Positions 35,120 to 45,069 of a stretch of 64,000 nt of DNA are shown here, one piece after another. The number at the start of each line of letters is the position of its first letter. The first letter of the stretch is position 1. The position numbers and the translations under genes were made by a program. The stretch lies in IMG/VR virus record IMGVR_UViG_3300045988_162372; one strand, 5' to 3'. Under the pieces are notes generated by a model. That model saw only the letters and a list, made by a program, of their open reading frames with translations, ran no database searches and was not told where the DNA came from. Source of the stretch: a virus.

Positions 35120-37153
35120 TTATCTTTGTTTTACTCTCACCTTGATATCATTGTCATTCAAAATTTCAAACATTGAATTAGCTTCGCTGAACAGTACCAT
35201 ATCACTTGCTTTTAAATCAATCTGTCTGTCAAAATTCTCGCCTGCTTCTGCATAATCATAGCAACAGTCAGAAATATCAATCAATTGCTGTGTAATTGCA
35301 TCATCCGAATAACCATCTCCTACAGGATTATATGCTCTCAGTTCAATTACGTTGTTTACACCATCTAATTTCCCGATTTCTTTTTGTAAGTCGCCCAAAA
35401 ATATATCTTCCCCCATTTGATGTCTTCTTATATCCATATAGTCTGTTACTGTCTCAATTACACGTTTAACAACCTCACTCTTGTCGTATGCCTTATCAAC
35501 AAATATATCTATTTCAAATTTGATATTAATGATTTTTCCTGATTTTATCTCAATGAAGTCATTAATCATCTTATAATTTGTAAGATATTCCTTAATATTA
35601 TCAGCAACTGGTTCTGCAAGCTCTCTCATAAGATTTCCATTATAATCCAATCCAAGCGTATAAATGGCAATCTTATTATTTTCTTCAATAATACCAATCC
35701 TGAATGGGCAACCATATCTTGCGGGAATTTGGAGTATCTTTGAATAATAATCTCTCAATGTAACACATCTGTTCTGACTTGCATTATTATACTTAATCAA
35801 GTATCTCAACTCATCAGCCGTAGGTTCGTCTTTGCCTCCATAAGACGGTGTGGTATTTGTTACAGAAATCGAATTCTGCACATCTTTCATTTTCTTGGCA
35901 TTATCTGGGTCTGATGAATTACCACAAATGGTATAATTGATATATACAATATTTGTTAATGTATCTCTTGCAATGTTGCTTTCTTCGCCACCACCTACAC
36001 GATACATGATGTATATCGTATTTCCACTTTCAGGAAGAACACCCATATAGTCATTGGCTTGCATTCTTGACATCATGTATTGAGTAAATTTCTCAATACC
36101 TTCATCTTCGTTTGGAATTGTTCCATATTGATTTCTGATACCTGCTCCGAAAATTACCTTTAATTGCCAATTATTGGTATATTCAGTAATGAATTTGTTT
36201 TTCAATCTCTTCCATTTACCTTTCGTAACACGTCTATACGTTACCTCATTACCTTCTTCATCTGTATAATTACAATCTTCCCATACTGGATTATAATAGT
36301 AATATGTACTTCCATTTCCACCGTTTACTTCTACTTTTTCTTCCTCGTAACCAAACCTATATTGGTCAATAAGGGCATCCACTTCAAAAAACCTTTGTAT
36401 TGGTTTACCTGTCGTATCAACATATTCTTCATCATCTACAAAAAATTCATTCGTTGATGGGTCTGTATTCAAGTTTGTACCCTCTTTAACAATAATTGAT
36501 TCAACTCCCATAATATTTTGGTCTTGAATAAGTATTTCCATAAACGGCTCTATGTCACTTGAATCCAAGACTTTCTTGTATATCTTGCTTTGACCTGCCT
36601 GAACAACTGCCAATTTTGAATAATTGTATGATATAATATTGCCATTTGCATCCCTTACTGGTGCTATTATTCTATTTGAAACACCGTTTTCGTCAAATTG
36701 TTCCCTAAAATCAACATCCTCAGTAAGTTCAAATGTAACCATGCCAGTTGAAAATAGCGTTCCTCTTTTTATAACTGGTGCGTAACTTTCATCCGCAAGT
36801 CTTAAATCACCTGTACTTGCATCTCCTTGTTGATTTAATGGAAGATTACATGAAATCTCGACTTCACATAAAGCACCCTTTTTCCCTGGTACTTTTAAAC
36901 CATTACTTCTTGCAAGTTGTAACAATGAACTTGCCTGTTGTGCTGAATTAATGTCTGTTTCTTGAAATATCCTATCGAGATGATAGCTTAAATCATCACT
37001 TGAAGCTGCCAATAATTCAATAAACCATTGTCCTATCGCTGCATCGCTGAAATCCTTGACTATGTTAGGGTAATATTTCCTTGTAAGTTTCATAAACTCA
37101 TCACGGAACTCTGAATAATTCCTACTCGAATATGGTATTTTTGTTTCACTCAT
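35120..37153 (-). CDS. Baseplate wedge protein, Baseplate_J family (T4 gp6 / P2 gpJ-like)
   Basis: 677 aa. The N-terminal pattern is FRDEFMKLTRKYYPN...DAAIGQWFIELLAASSDDLSYHLDRIFQETDINSAQQASSLLQLARSNG. It lies directly downstream of the gp25-like gene. Confidence 0.7.
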   Translation of the reverse strand: MSETKIPYSSRNYSEFRDEFMKLTRKYYPNIVKDFSDAAIGQWFIELLAASSDDLSYHLDRIFQETDINSAQQASSLLQLARSNGLKVPGKKGALCEVEISCNLPLNQQGDASTGDLRLADESYAPVIKRGTLFSTGMVTFELTEDVDFREQFDENGVSNRIIAPVRDANGNIISYNYSKLAVVQAGQSKIYKKVLDSSDIEPFMEILIQDQNIMGVESIIVKEGTNLNTDPSTNEFFVDDEEYVDTTGKPIQRFFEVDALIDQYRFGYEEEKVEVNGGNGSTYYYYNPVWEDCNYTDEEGNEVTYRRVTKGKWKRLKNKFITEYTNNWQLKVIFGAGIRNQYGTIPNEDEGIEKFTQYMMSRMQANDYMGVLPESGNTIYIMYRVGGGEESNIARDTLTNIVYINYTICGNSSDPDNAKKMKDVQNSISVTNTTPSYGGKDEPTADELRYLIKYNNASQNRCVTLRDYYSKILQIPARYGCPFRIGIIEENNKIAIYTLGLDYNGNLMRELAEPVADNIKEYLTNYKMINDFIEIKSGKIINIKFEIDIFVDKAYDKSEVVKRVIETVTDYMDIRRHQMGEDIFLGDLQKEIGKLDGVNNVIELRAYNPVGDGYSDDAITQQLIDISDCCYDYAEAGENFDRQIDLKASDMVLFSEANSMFEILNDNDIKVRVKQR

Positions 37154-37173
37154 TGCCTTATGATTAAAAAGAA

Positions 37174-37557
37174 TTAAAGTTTTGTTATAAGTTGATAAGT
37201 ATTGTTGAATGTACTATCCTTTACGCTGTATTTGATATCCGCTACAAGCCCTCTACCATCATTCACTTCATAAATCTCTATATCATCAAGACTTGCATTA
37301 GGAACAAATTTTGAAACAGCTTCCTTTATATCACTTTTCACCTCTCCCCACGTCTGTGTGTCATTCGGATTGAAAATAAATTGTATAAGGTTTGTTCCAA
37401 ACTCAGGGTCTCTTATCTTCTGCCCTTTTGGAGTGAAAATAAGGTGCATTATGGCACTTTTTATAGCGTCAGGTGGAGTTGTGTCCAAATCGAGAAAAGT
37501 CTTCTCTATAGACTTTATATTAAACGGAAATTTTATCCCATAATGTGTAATTGCCAT
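37174..37557 (-). CDS. Baseplate wedge protein, gp25/GPW family
   Basis: The ATG at 37557 (MAITHYGIKFPF) is preferred over the TTG at 37596. The family motif AIMHLIFTPKGQKIRDPEFGTNLIQFIFNPND is present. Confidence 0.75.
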   Translation of the reverse strand: MAITHYGIKFPFNIKSIEKTFLDLDTTPPDAIKSAIMHLIFTPKGQKIRDPEFGTNLIQFIFNPNDTQTWGEVKSDIKEAVSKFVPNASLDDIEIYEVNDGRGLVADIKYSVKDSTFNNTYQLITKL

Positions 37558-37606
37558 ACTTATCTCAATATTTTTATATAAAAATAAATATAGCAAAATC
37601 TGTTTA

Positions 37607-38134
37607 TTAACTCAAGGAGTAATCCAACTTAAACTGTGCAATACATTCAATATCTTCAGTAGGAACTTTTACAACAATGTCCTTTCTACCCCATCTTTGA
37701 TAGGGAACATAACACTCTTTCGGACATTTATACACAAGTTCCTTTCCTGCAATATTCCATAGAATATTTCCATATAAATCACAAGGTTTGACAAATAACA
37801 CTTGTTTTCTCGTCATAAAAGCAATATAGTCCATTTCCCCAAATATCCATCCTTTATAACCAGTAACGCCTTGTATCTCTATCCAATGAATTGAATCATC
37901 AGCTTCCTTGTCCTTTCTATTGTTTTTCTTAATACCTTTGACATCAATACCTAATCTACCTTTTTTTGGTGAATTCCACCATATATCAATATGTTTCAAT
38001 TTATCTTCATTGGTTGTTGATTTCTCACAAGTTCCACCACATAATTCCTCTATAAGTTGTCCTACGAAATCTTCTGATTTCTTTCCATTTGTCAGGTAAT
38101 CTTGTATTATGTCATATAGTCTTTTGTTTTCCAT
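37607..38134 (-). CDS. Hypothetical protein, 175 aa, possibly a PD-(D/E)xK-fold nuclease
   Basis: The arrangement is E..(HIDIWW)..GIDVKGIKK. It has its own consensus promoter and sits at the junction of the nucleotide-metabolism and baseplate modules. Confidence 0.45.
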   Translation of the reverse strand: MENKRLYDIIQDYLTNGKKSEDFVGQLIEELCGGTCEKSTTNEDKLKHIDIWWNSPKKGRLGIDVKGIKKNNRKDKEADDSIHWIEIQGVTGYKGWIFGEMDYIAFMTRKQVLFVKPCDLYGNILWNIAGKELVYKCPKECYVPYQRWGRKDIVVKVPTEDIECIAQFKLDYSLS

Positions 38135-38156
38135 TAAAAACGATAATATATTTTTG

Positions 38157-38164
38157 CAAATATA
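38157..38164 (-). promoter_or_regulatory. Bacteroidota-type promoter, -7 box TATATTTG
   Basis: The minus strand reads cttttTTTG-19 nt-TATATTTGCAAAAA. The -33 TTTG is the U-tract of the nrdG terminator. It is 23 nt upstream of ATG 38134. Confidence 0.7.
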
Positions 38165-38186
38165 CTATTTTCCAGTAATATAACAA

Positions 38187-38217
38187 AAAAGTAGCCTGAT
38201 TAATTCAAGCTACTTTT
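38187..38217 (-). terminator. Rho-independent terminator of the nrdDG unit
   Basis: The 9-bp stem AAAAGTAGC/GCTACTTTT spans the nrdG stop codon. On the minus strand it is followed by TTGTTATATT. Confidence 0.65.
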
Positions 38218-38682
38218 AACAAATTTACCATCTTTATTTTCCCATATTGTTTGATTGGAAGAACCTCGAAAGTTTAATGTTAAATCTCTTTTATTTTCTT
38301 CGTATCTCCCATCAACAATATAATCACATAAATTGATTATCTCTTTTTGTTCGTCATTTAATTCTGATAAATAATAACCCGTCCATAACCATATATCTTT
38401 ATCAAGGAATTTATTTCTCACCTCTTTTAACAAAGACAGCAATCCTTCTCCTTGTTGTAAAGGTTCTCCGCCTAATATACTTAATCCTTTAATATGCTCA
38501 TTTGATAATGCTTCAAACAATTCTCTCTTAGCATCATCTGAAAATATTTTTCCACTATGAAAATTCCACAACTCTTTATTTTGGCAATTATGGCAATGAA
38601 AGTTGCAGCCACAGAAATAGATAACGGTTCGTATTCCCAAACCGTTAACTATATCCATTTTTTGTATTTTTGCGTAATTCAT
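38200..38682 (-). CDS. nrdG: Anaerobic ribonucleotide reductase activating protein (radical SAM)
   Basis: 160 aa. The N-terminus is MDIVNGLGIRTVIYFCGCNFHCHNCQN with a CxxxCxxC cluster. It lies directly downstream of nrdD. Confidence 0.9.
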   Translation of the reverse strand: MNYAKIQKMDIVNGLGIRTVIYFCGCNFHCHNCQNKELWNFHSGKIFSDDAKRELFEALSNEHIKGLSILGGEPLQQGEGLLSLLKEVRNKFLDKDIWLWTGYYLSELNDEQKEIINLCDYIVDGRYEENKRDLTLNFRGSSNQTIWENKDGKFVKSSLN

Positions 38683-38693
38683 CTTTGTACTAC

Positions 38694-40841
38694 TTAAATA
38701 TGTTTAACACGATGCTTAAATTCTGACATTTTTCCTTTGTTTATATCCATACTTGCGTTTAGATAACCACAAACACGCCTACAAGCAGACAACTTATTTT
38801 TATCTCTGTTTCCACATTGGGGACAATACCAATTACTTTCCTCGTCTATCTGAAGTTCTCCCTCGTATCCACAAGCTGCACAATAGTCTCCACCAGTTGT
38901 GTTTACTTCTGCATATTGAATTGTATTATACATGTGTGTAATAATTTCAGACAGTGCTTCAAGATTATGATTCATATCAGGAATTTCAACATAGGATACT
39001 GCACCACCTTTACTCATTTTTTGATATTGGCTTTCAAAAGATAGTTTATCAAACGCATTACATTCTTCACATACATTGATATGATAGCTATTTGTAAACC
39101 AATCTTTATCTGTTATACCACAAATTTCACCAAACCTATTTCTTGTTTTTTGTGCAAACTTATATGTGAGGCTTTCAGATGGTGTTCCGTAAAGACTTGC
39201 ACCATTGAGTCCTGGTATATTTCTCCATTCAATAGTTTTCTCTTCAAGATGTTTCATTACTCTTTCTTGAAATTTTGAACCTATTTCACTTGTATTACTT
39301 TCTCCTGTCATTACTTTACACATTTCGTAACAGCCAATATAGCCTAATGATATAGAAGAATAACCGTCATCAAGATACTTGTCAATGATATCATTTTCAC
39401 CAAGTCTTGCAACACTTCCATAACGCCAGTGTATAGGTGAAACATTTGCACTTGCGCCTCTTAATAAATGGTCTTTTATTAACATTGCTTCCTTGCAAAG
39501 TTCAAGACGTTCATCAAGAATGTTCCAAAACTTTTCTTCATCACCATCACTTGATAATGCAACGTCAACAAGATTAATCGTTACAACGCCTCTATTAAAC
39601 CTTCCATACCATTTGTATTTGCCATTTTCATCTTTCCACGGTGAAAGGAATGATCTACATCCCATACATGGAAAAACCTCATTATCAAACTGTTGCCTCA
39701 TTATTTTAGCCGAAATATAATCTGGATTCATACGTTTGGCAGAACATTTAACAGCTAAATCAGTCAAATATCTATATTCACTATCTTTTGGCACATTGTT
39801 TTCATCGAGTACATAGAGTAATTTAGGAAAACTAGGCGTAACATAAACACCATATTCATTTTTCATGCCTAAATATCTTAAATTCAGCATCTCTTCAATT
39901 ATCATTGCTGTTTCTTTAACATATTCAGGTTCTTCGTTAAGATACATAAAAATACTTACGAAAGGTGTCTGCCCATTATTACTGCTAAATGTGTTTTCCT
40001 GAAACTGTATAGTTTGGACACCATCTTTTATTTCCTGTTTAAGGAGTTTCATTGCTTGTTGTTTTATTTGCTCATCTGTTGCATTAATACCTATTTCAGC
40101 AAAATTATTTTTTAAGTGTTCTATATACTTGTTATAAGACACTCTGACAAAAGGTGCTAAATGAGATACTGAAAACGTTTGCCCGCCATATTGACCATTT
40201 GCAACTTGTAGACTAATTTGAGTAGCAACAGTGCAAGCCGTTTTGAATGATTTAGGTGTTTCTATCATTTTGCCGTTAATTACAGTCCCATTTTCAAACA
40301 TGTCTTTTAAATTTATTAACTGACAATTGAACATTGGCTGTATCATATAATCCATGTCATGAATATGAATTATACCTTCATTATGAGCGTTTAATATATG
40401 TGTAGGAAGTAATTTTCTTGCAGCATAACTTATTGATTCTGCACCAGCAATCAAATCTCTTTGCGTGGAACTCATTCTTGCATCTTTGTTAGCGTTTTCT
40501 GAAATAGCTTTTTCATTAGAACCATCAATGATGCCAATAATATCCTTATCTATAATGCCGTCTTGCTTTTGAAAATGTTTTGTTGTTTTATATCTTTCAT
40601 AAGCATTAGCTGTTAAATCCTGCCCATAATCAAACAATTTTTTAAGGACAAATTTATCAACATCTTTAGAATATACTACATCTTTTTTACCAAATCTTTC
40701 TTCTGCTTCCTCTGCTATTATATTTGCAATTCTGGGGTAGTATACCCCACTGCCAGTTTTCATTGCTTTTGAAACTGACTTTCTTATCTTGGAACTATCG
40801 AATGTTCCCTCTCTTCCATCACTACTTATATACTTTGTCAT
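38694..40841 (-). CDS. nrdD: Anaerobic (class III) ribonucleoside-triphosphate reductase
   Basis: 715 aa. The C-terminal glycyl-radical motif RRVCGYL is present. A zinc site CAACGY...CPQCGN is present, and there is ATP-cone-like N-terminal context. Confidence 0.9.
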   Translation of the reverse strand: MTKYISSDGREGTFDSSKIRKSVSKAMKTGSGVYYPRIANIIAEEAEERFGKKDVVYSKDVDKFVLKKLFDYGQDLTANAYERYKTTKHFQKQDGIIDKDIIGIIDGSNEKAISENANKDARMSSTQRDLIAGAESISYAARKLLPTHILNAHNEGIIHIHDMDYMIQPMFNCQLINLKDMFENGTVINGKMIETPKSFKTACTVATQISLQVANGQYGGQTFSVSHLAPFVRVSYNKYIEHLKNNFAEIGINATDEQIKQQAMKLLKQEIKDGVQTIQFQENTFSSNNGQTPFVSIFMYLNEEPEYVKETAMIIEEMLNLRYLGMKNEYGVYVTPSFPKLLYVLDENNVPKDSEYRYLTDLAVKCSAKRMNPDYISAKIMRQQFDNEVFPCMGCRSFLSPWKDENGKYKWYGRFNRGVVTINLVDVALSSDGDEEKFWNILDERLELCKEAMLIKDHLLRGASANVSPIHWRYGSVARLGENDIIDKYLDDGYSSISLGYIGCYEMCKVMTGESNTSEIGSKFQERVMKHLEEKTIEWRNIPGLNGASLYGTPSESLTYKFAQKTRNRFGEICGITDKDWFTNSYHINVCEECNAFDKLSFESQYQKMSKGGAVSYVEIPDMNHNLEALSEIITHMYNTIQYAEVNTTGGDYCAACGYEGELQIDEESNWYCPQCGNRDKNKLSACRRVCGYLNASMDINKGKMSEFKHRVKHI

Positions 40842-40989
40842 AACTTCAAAAATTTTATATTAGGTATTAAATATATAGTCTCCAAAAGACGAAAGTTTAG
40901 CACCTAAATTTTAAGATTTCTTCTAAGTCGCTGACTATCATAGCGAAAATTTTTTAAAATTTATTTTACTATAAATTCCTGAGTTCTCG

Positions 40990-42447
40990 CTATTTAGATA
41001 GCATATTTTTAGCCTCTGCTCTTGCCTTTGCAGCGGCAATCTCCATATCTCTTTCCATATCATTTGCATTCTCAATAGCTGATGTGTCTGCATCAATGTT
41101 ACTCATATCAAATTTACAAGTACCGTTGTTAAACGCAACATTATAGAATTGATTTCTGGTTATCTTACCACTTCTTAGTTTGGCTAAGAATATGTTCATT
41201 CTACCTTGCGTTTTTTGATCATCTGTTTGTGCAAATGTAATAACGACATGGGCTGCTTGTGTCTTCTTAATAGAACCACCGCCTTGTGCCAAACCTACCT
41301 TATCCAAACCAATACTTTCCCTGTTACCTTGAACTGGTATCCAAATGGCGATATTATATTTATTGGTCATCTTTTCCAATTTTCTAATAGTAATGCCTTC
41401 TTTTTCCCAAGTATCTGCCTTTGAATATTGTATCCTTTCAGGCGCAAGACATTCAAAATAGTCTATAATAACCATATCAGGTCTAAATCCAACAGCTATC
41501 TCCCTTTTAATCAAGGCTTCTATATCAGATGCAGTAGTTGTCATTGATTCCATTCTGATTGCCTTAATATTCTCATACATCAACTGTCGTTTTTCTTGGT
41601 CTTCATTCATCTTTTCAAGGGCTAATTCCTTAATTTGTGGATCTGAAAGGTACATTGCATCAAAATCAGTAAAGAAACCATAATATTTGCGTCTAATATC
41701 CACCTCAGTATCTTCAAAAAAGATATGCAAGACCTTCCATCCTTTATAATTGTTTTCTTTACACTTAGTAATGGCGGCATTTGCCGCAAAACCTGTTGTA
41801 GCTGAGGTCTTGCCAGTACCCATCGGACTTATTATAATTCCAAGCTGCCCTTTACCAATACCCCCGTACAAGGCATCATCAAGTTTATCCGCGCCAGTTG
41901 GAATAGTAATACGATAATCCTCGCTCAAATCACTTTCAAGGTTCTCGAACAATCTAAAACCCAAGTCTTTCTTCTCATTTGTTTCAATTGCTTTCTGTAT
42001 CTTATCCACAATCTCATTATATCTGTTGAAATCACCCATGCGGATAATATCCTCGGTTTCCTTTAATGCCTTGATAAGATTCTGTTGTTTAAAGAACTTG
42101 AAACAAGTGTCCTCAATCAAGTCAATAGACTCCATTTTAATATCGTAAATCTCTTTAAGCATTGAAATCATAATATTACGAGATATTTCATCTGAAACCC
42201 TCGATCTTATGATAACTTTTAAATCACTATATGATGGTACAATTTCAACTTCAGCATATCTGTCTTTCATAAACCCTACAATTCTTCGCAAATTCTCATT
42301 TGTGAATTTATTTTGGTCTAATACAGAATACAATTCACCAAAATATTGTTTATCTTCAATAAGACACTTTACAAATAATTTTTGATATTCTTCGCCTAAA
42401 AATCCTAGGTCATTCTTATTTACATTTGCAATATTATTATTTGCCAT
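40990..42447 (-). CDS. DnaB-like / T4 gp41-like replicative helicase
   Basis: 485 aa. Walker A is IISPMGTGKTSAT and Walker B is MVIIDYFE. Overall RecA-fold C-terminal domain architecture. Confidence 0.75.
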   Translation of the reverse strand: MANNNIANVNKNDLGFLGEEYQKLFVKCLIEDKQYFGELYSVLDQNKFTNENLRRIVGFMKDRYAEVEIVPSYSDLKVIIRSRVSDEISRNIMISMLKEIYDIKMESIDLIEDTCFKFFKQQNLIKALKETEDIIRMGDFNRYNEIVDKIQKAIETNEKKDLGFRLFENLESDLSEDYRITIPTGADKLDDALYGGIGKGQLGIIISPMGTGKTSATTGFAANAAITKCKENNYKGWKVLHIFFEDTEVDIRRKYYGFFTDFDAMYLSDPQIKELALEKMNEDQEKRQLMYENIKAIRMESMTTTASDIEALIKREIAVGFRPDMVIIDYFECLAPERIQYSKADTWEKEGITIRKLEKMTNKYNIAIWIPVQGNRESIGLDKVGLAQGGGSIKKTQAAHVVITFAQTDDQKTQGRMNIFLAKLRSGKITRNQFYNVAFNNGTCKFDMSNIDADTSAIENANDMERDMEIAAAKARAEAKNMLSK

Positions 42448-42519
42448 TATTTATTTATATTTTTTAAAAATTGGTTAAAATAAATATGGTTAATCTTTCA
42501 GAACTGACGGTAATAAAAT

Positions 42520-42568
42520 GACAGCCTAATTTAATTATTGCGAAAAGCAATGCATAGATTAGACTGTC
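42520..42568 (-). terminator. Long compound hairpin, terminator-like, after the gene at 42590..43393
   Basis: The outer stem GACAGCCTAAT/ATTAGACTGTC matches at 10 of 11 positions. The inner stem is ATTGC-gaaaa-GCAAT. T-rich tracts flank it on both strands. It lies 22 nt after the stop. Confidence 0.55.
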
Positions 42569-42589
42569 GCTAAGTTTTTACACAAAAAA

Positions 42590-43393
42590 TTACAAATACT
42601 TGTTAATTCTCTCTATCTGTCGCTGCGAAGGATACATTGTATTGAAGTATTCCTTTGTCTTGCTTTCAGTTGCCTTTCTCCAATCGTTCACTGCTTCCTC
42701 ATTATACAATGAAAAACGGTATTTCTTATCACCATACTTTTCTTTCTTTGTATAAACTCCGTACTTTTCAGTGTATGTCGAGCTTGTTACATCACAAATT
42801 TTACGGATAATAGTATAGATTAGGTCTGTCTTGTCAATTGTCATGGCTCTTACAACTGCAACATTGAAATGAAGCGACATAGGGTCTTTATCCTTATAAA
42901 GATGGTTGGAATTTGTTAAATCCACGCTGTTCCTTACATACTTGGGATAATCTCCACCATCCCAAATTTCCTCATAAACTGGTTTGTTATCCATAAGGAA
43001 TGCGAATTTGAATGTGTATTCATAGGGTTTAGGTCTTTCAGTGTCTATATAATAATCAATAGCATTTTCTGGATATTCGAGATAAGTAGTTGTTGATGTT
43101 TTCTCATTAATTTCCTCACAAGTTTTGCCAAACCCTGTAAGTTTAAGAGGTGTATTTCGTGTAAACCATTGGTAAACACGACTCTTAGATTCCAAATCTT
43201 GCCTAATGATGCCTACTATCTCATCAATTGTCTCTCTCAATTCATAACTTTCCAATGAATCATTGTTAAAACCATTAATTCTAAAATATCTTTGGCAAAT
43301 AATATTTTCATTCAGAGATAATATAAACTGAAATCTCTCCTTATATGATTCATTATTAAGTGCGACTTCTTTTTTTTGAACTTCTTGTTCCAT
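42590..43393 (-). CDS. Hypothetical protein, 267 aa, in the replication module immediately upstream of the helicase
   Basis: Clean ORF with its own consensus promoter. No recognisable motif. Confidence 0.7.
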   Translation of the reverse strand: MEQEVQKKEVALNNESYKERFQFILSLNENIICQRYFRINGFNNDSLESYELRETIDEIVGIIRQDLESKSRVYQWFTRNTPLKLTGFGKTCEEINEKTSTTTYLEYPENAIDYYIDTERPKPYEYTFKFAFLMDNKPVYEEIWDGGDYPKYVRNSVDLTNSNHLYKDKDPMSLHFNVAVVRAMTIDKTDLIYTIIRKICDVTSSTYTEKYGVYTKKEKYGDKKYRFSLYNEEAVNDWRKATESKTKEYFNTMYPSQRQIERINKYL

Positions 43394-43464
43394 TATTCTA
43401 TAAATTTAATGCGTTAAACATAATATAACATCCACTTCAAACTTTGTTTCTCTCATCTTTTTTG

Positions 43465-43472
43465 CAAATATA
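43465..43472 (-). promoter_or_regulatory. Bacteroidota-type promoter, -7 box TATATTTG
   Basis: The minus strand reads atatTTG-20 nt-TATATTTGCAAAAAA. It is 72 nt upstream of ATG 43393. Confidence 0.65.
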
Positions 43473-43502
43473 CTACTTTATGAGCAAACTGACAAATATT
43501 TC

Positions 43503-44654
43503 TCACAAATTTTTCTTCTCTTTTTCTATTACATTCTGGAATGTAGAGAAAAATGTGCTAAACCTACCTTCATCTTTAAGGTCGTCGATACCATTATCAC
43601 AAATAATACGGTATAAATTACTCATACTTCTTCCTTCTGGATCTAATGGTGCATACATTTGGCATTCAATTCTTTCAATAGCTTCGTTAGTCATTAAAGG
43701 ATGGCTTAAATCAATAATTTTTTTATTTACCTCGTAAATATTCACACCTGCCGAACTATCCGTTACTTTTTTAATGATATTTTCAGCCCAAACAAGCGGT
43801 TTTTTCTTATTCTTAACTCTTTCTTCATTGATTTTCCTTGCCTTATCAATAACCTCTTCAAGTGTAACTTTTCTTTCTTTGAATTCTTTGAAATTATTAA
43901 ATAAAGTTCTCTCCCCAAGAAGTTTTATTCCTTTAATGTTGTCAGAATCATCCCCGCAAAGCATTTTTTTAAGCACAACATTACGATAATCATAACCCAT
44001 CTCTTCCAAATGATTCTTTGTTGTGATAAATTTCTTTAACTGTTGTATATATACAATAACATCCTCGCTTATTAGTTGGGTTAAATCCCTGTCATTAGAC
44101 ATAATAACAATTTTTTCATTTGGTTTCTTATGCAAAACGTAATAAGCAATGAAATCGTCTGCTTCTACCTCATCGTCAATACATTGTCTAATAAACAATT
44201 CTTCAAGACATTCCATGATTATCTCTCTTTGTCTGAAAAATATCTCTCTATCTTTCTTCTTTTCATCTAATTTATTGTCTTTATTAAAAAGAGTACGTTG
44301 CATAAATTTAATACGCCTATTAACCTCTTTCATGTAATCAGATAGATTTTCTTCTTCAAAATTCTTGTCACGATTTGCCTTATATTCAGCCAATTCATTG
44401 AAACGGAATTGCCCTGCTCTATCACCATCCCAAAAGACATAAACATACCTAAAATTTCCCTTTGCGAGGATAATACGAAGTTGTAGAAGGAACTGGAATA
44501 TTCCTCCTACTTGTTCTCCTTTGCTTGATAATCTTTTATCCCCACTGTGTGATAGCTCTAATACATTTGAGCCATCCACAAGTAGTGTTTTAAAAGGTTT
44601 TTCATCAATCTCAGGATTATTCTGCTTGATTTTCTTGGGGATTGGCTGTGGCAT
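43503..44654 (-). CDS. 5'-3' exonuclease / flap endonuclease (T4 RNase H / Pol I 5'-nuclease family)
   Basis: The ATG at 44654 (MPQPIPKK...) is preferred over the track start. Motifs present are LLVDGSNVLE, VFWDGD, YKANRD and the H3TH motif GDDSDNIKGIKLLGERT. Confidence 0.75.
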   Translation of the reverse strand: MPQPIPKKIKQNNPEIDEKPFKTLLVDGSNVLELSHSGDKRLSSKGEQVGGIFQFLLQLRIILAKGNFRYVYVFWDGDRAGQFRFNELAEYKANRDKNFEEENLSDYMKEVNRRIKFMQRTLFNKDNKLDEKKKDREIFFRQREIIMECLEELFIRQCIDDEVEADDFIAYYVLHKKPNEKIVIMSNDRDLTQLISEDVIVYIQQLKKFITTKNHLEEMGYDYRNVVLKKMLCGDDSDNIKGIKLLGERTLFNNFKEFKERKVTLEEVIDKARKINEERVKNKKKPLVWAENIIKKVTDSSAGVNIYEVNKKIIDLSHPLMTNEAIERIECQMYAPLDPEGRSMSNLYRIICDNGIDDLKDEGRFSTFFSTFQNVIEKEKKNL

Positions 44655-44940
44655 TGTCTGTTCCTGATTCTGAATTATAGGTTGTGTCTTTAAGAAAAAG
44701 AAATATATTTCCTCCTTTCGATACCAATACATCCTTTGTTTCATCAAACGTATTGATATCCTTATCCGTTACGGTAGAATTAAATTCTTCCATACTCTTG
44801 AATACTCTTACTCTCTGTATATTGTCAGATTTCGTAATGTTTCTTCTATCTCTCATCAAATTGAACATTTCAAAAGGCATCTTTGTCATTTTGCCTTCGT
44901 TCAATTCATACTCTGCTTCATTTACTAATAATACTTTCAT
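44617..44940 (-). CDS. Hypothetical protein, 107 aa
   Basis: It is the first ORF after the tRNA. Its 3' end overlaps the FEN start by 38 nt. Confidence 0.55.
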   Translation of the reverse strand: MKVLLVNEAEYELNEGKMTKMPFEMFNLMRDRRNITKSDNIQRVRVFKSMEEFNSTVTDKDINTFDETKDVLVSKGGNIFLFLKDTTYNSESGTDNATANPQENQAE

Positions 44941-44980
44941 GATACTTTTACTATAAATTAAACAATTTTACATTAATTTG

Positions 44981-45067
44981 TAGTCAAGGTGGGAGTCGAA
45001 CCCACACAAGTATTTCTACTTCCAGATCCTAAGTCTGGTGCGTCTCAACCAATTGCGCCACTTGACC
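44981..45067 (-). tRNA. tRNA-Leu, anticodon UAG, type II with a long variable arm, no encoded CCA
   Basis: Hand folding gave an acceptor stem GGTCAAG/CTTGACT (G1-U72 pair) with discriminator A. The D arm is GCGCAATTGGTTGAGACGC. The anticodon stem is CCAGA/TCTGG with loop CTTAGGA. The variable arm is AAGTA-gaaa-TACTT. The T arm is GTGGG-TTCGACT-CCCAC. Confidence 0.85.
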
Positions 45068-45069
45068 AT

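Noticed and set aside
21552-37606. A T4-style late promoter (TATAAATA-like) upstream of the structural operons
   Set aside because: TATA-rich strings occur upstream of several late genes. With a background this AT-rich, I could not distinguish a motif from chance by eye. This needs a statistical motif search.
40842-40989. A riboswitch or leader structure upstream of nrdD
   Set aside because: The region is only about 148 nt and very AT-rich. It has one weak 5-bp hairpin (TCGCT/AGCGA) and no recognisable conserved riboswitch core.
44617-44747. A programmed frameshift or fusion between the 107-aa ORF and the FEN gene
   Set aside because: The long track ORF (start 44747) begins with an implausible hydrophobic leader. 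A normal ATG at 44654 gives a canonical FEN N-terminus, so a simple 38-nt overlap of two genes explains the layout.
44981-45067. Suppressor tRNA and stop-codon recoding, as seen in some gut phages
   Set aside because: The anticodon loop is CTTAGGA, so the anticodon is UAG, which reads Leu CUN codons, not a stop codon. All large genes are open in the standard code, so nothing suggests recoding.
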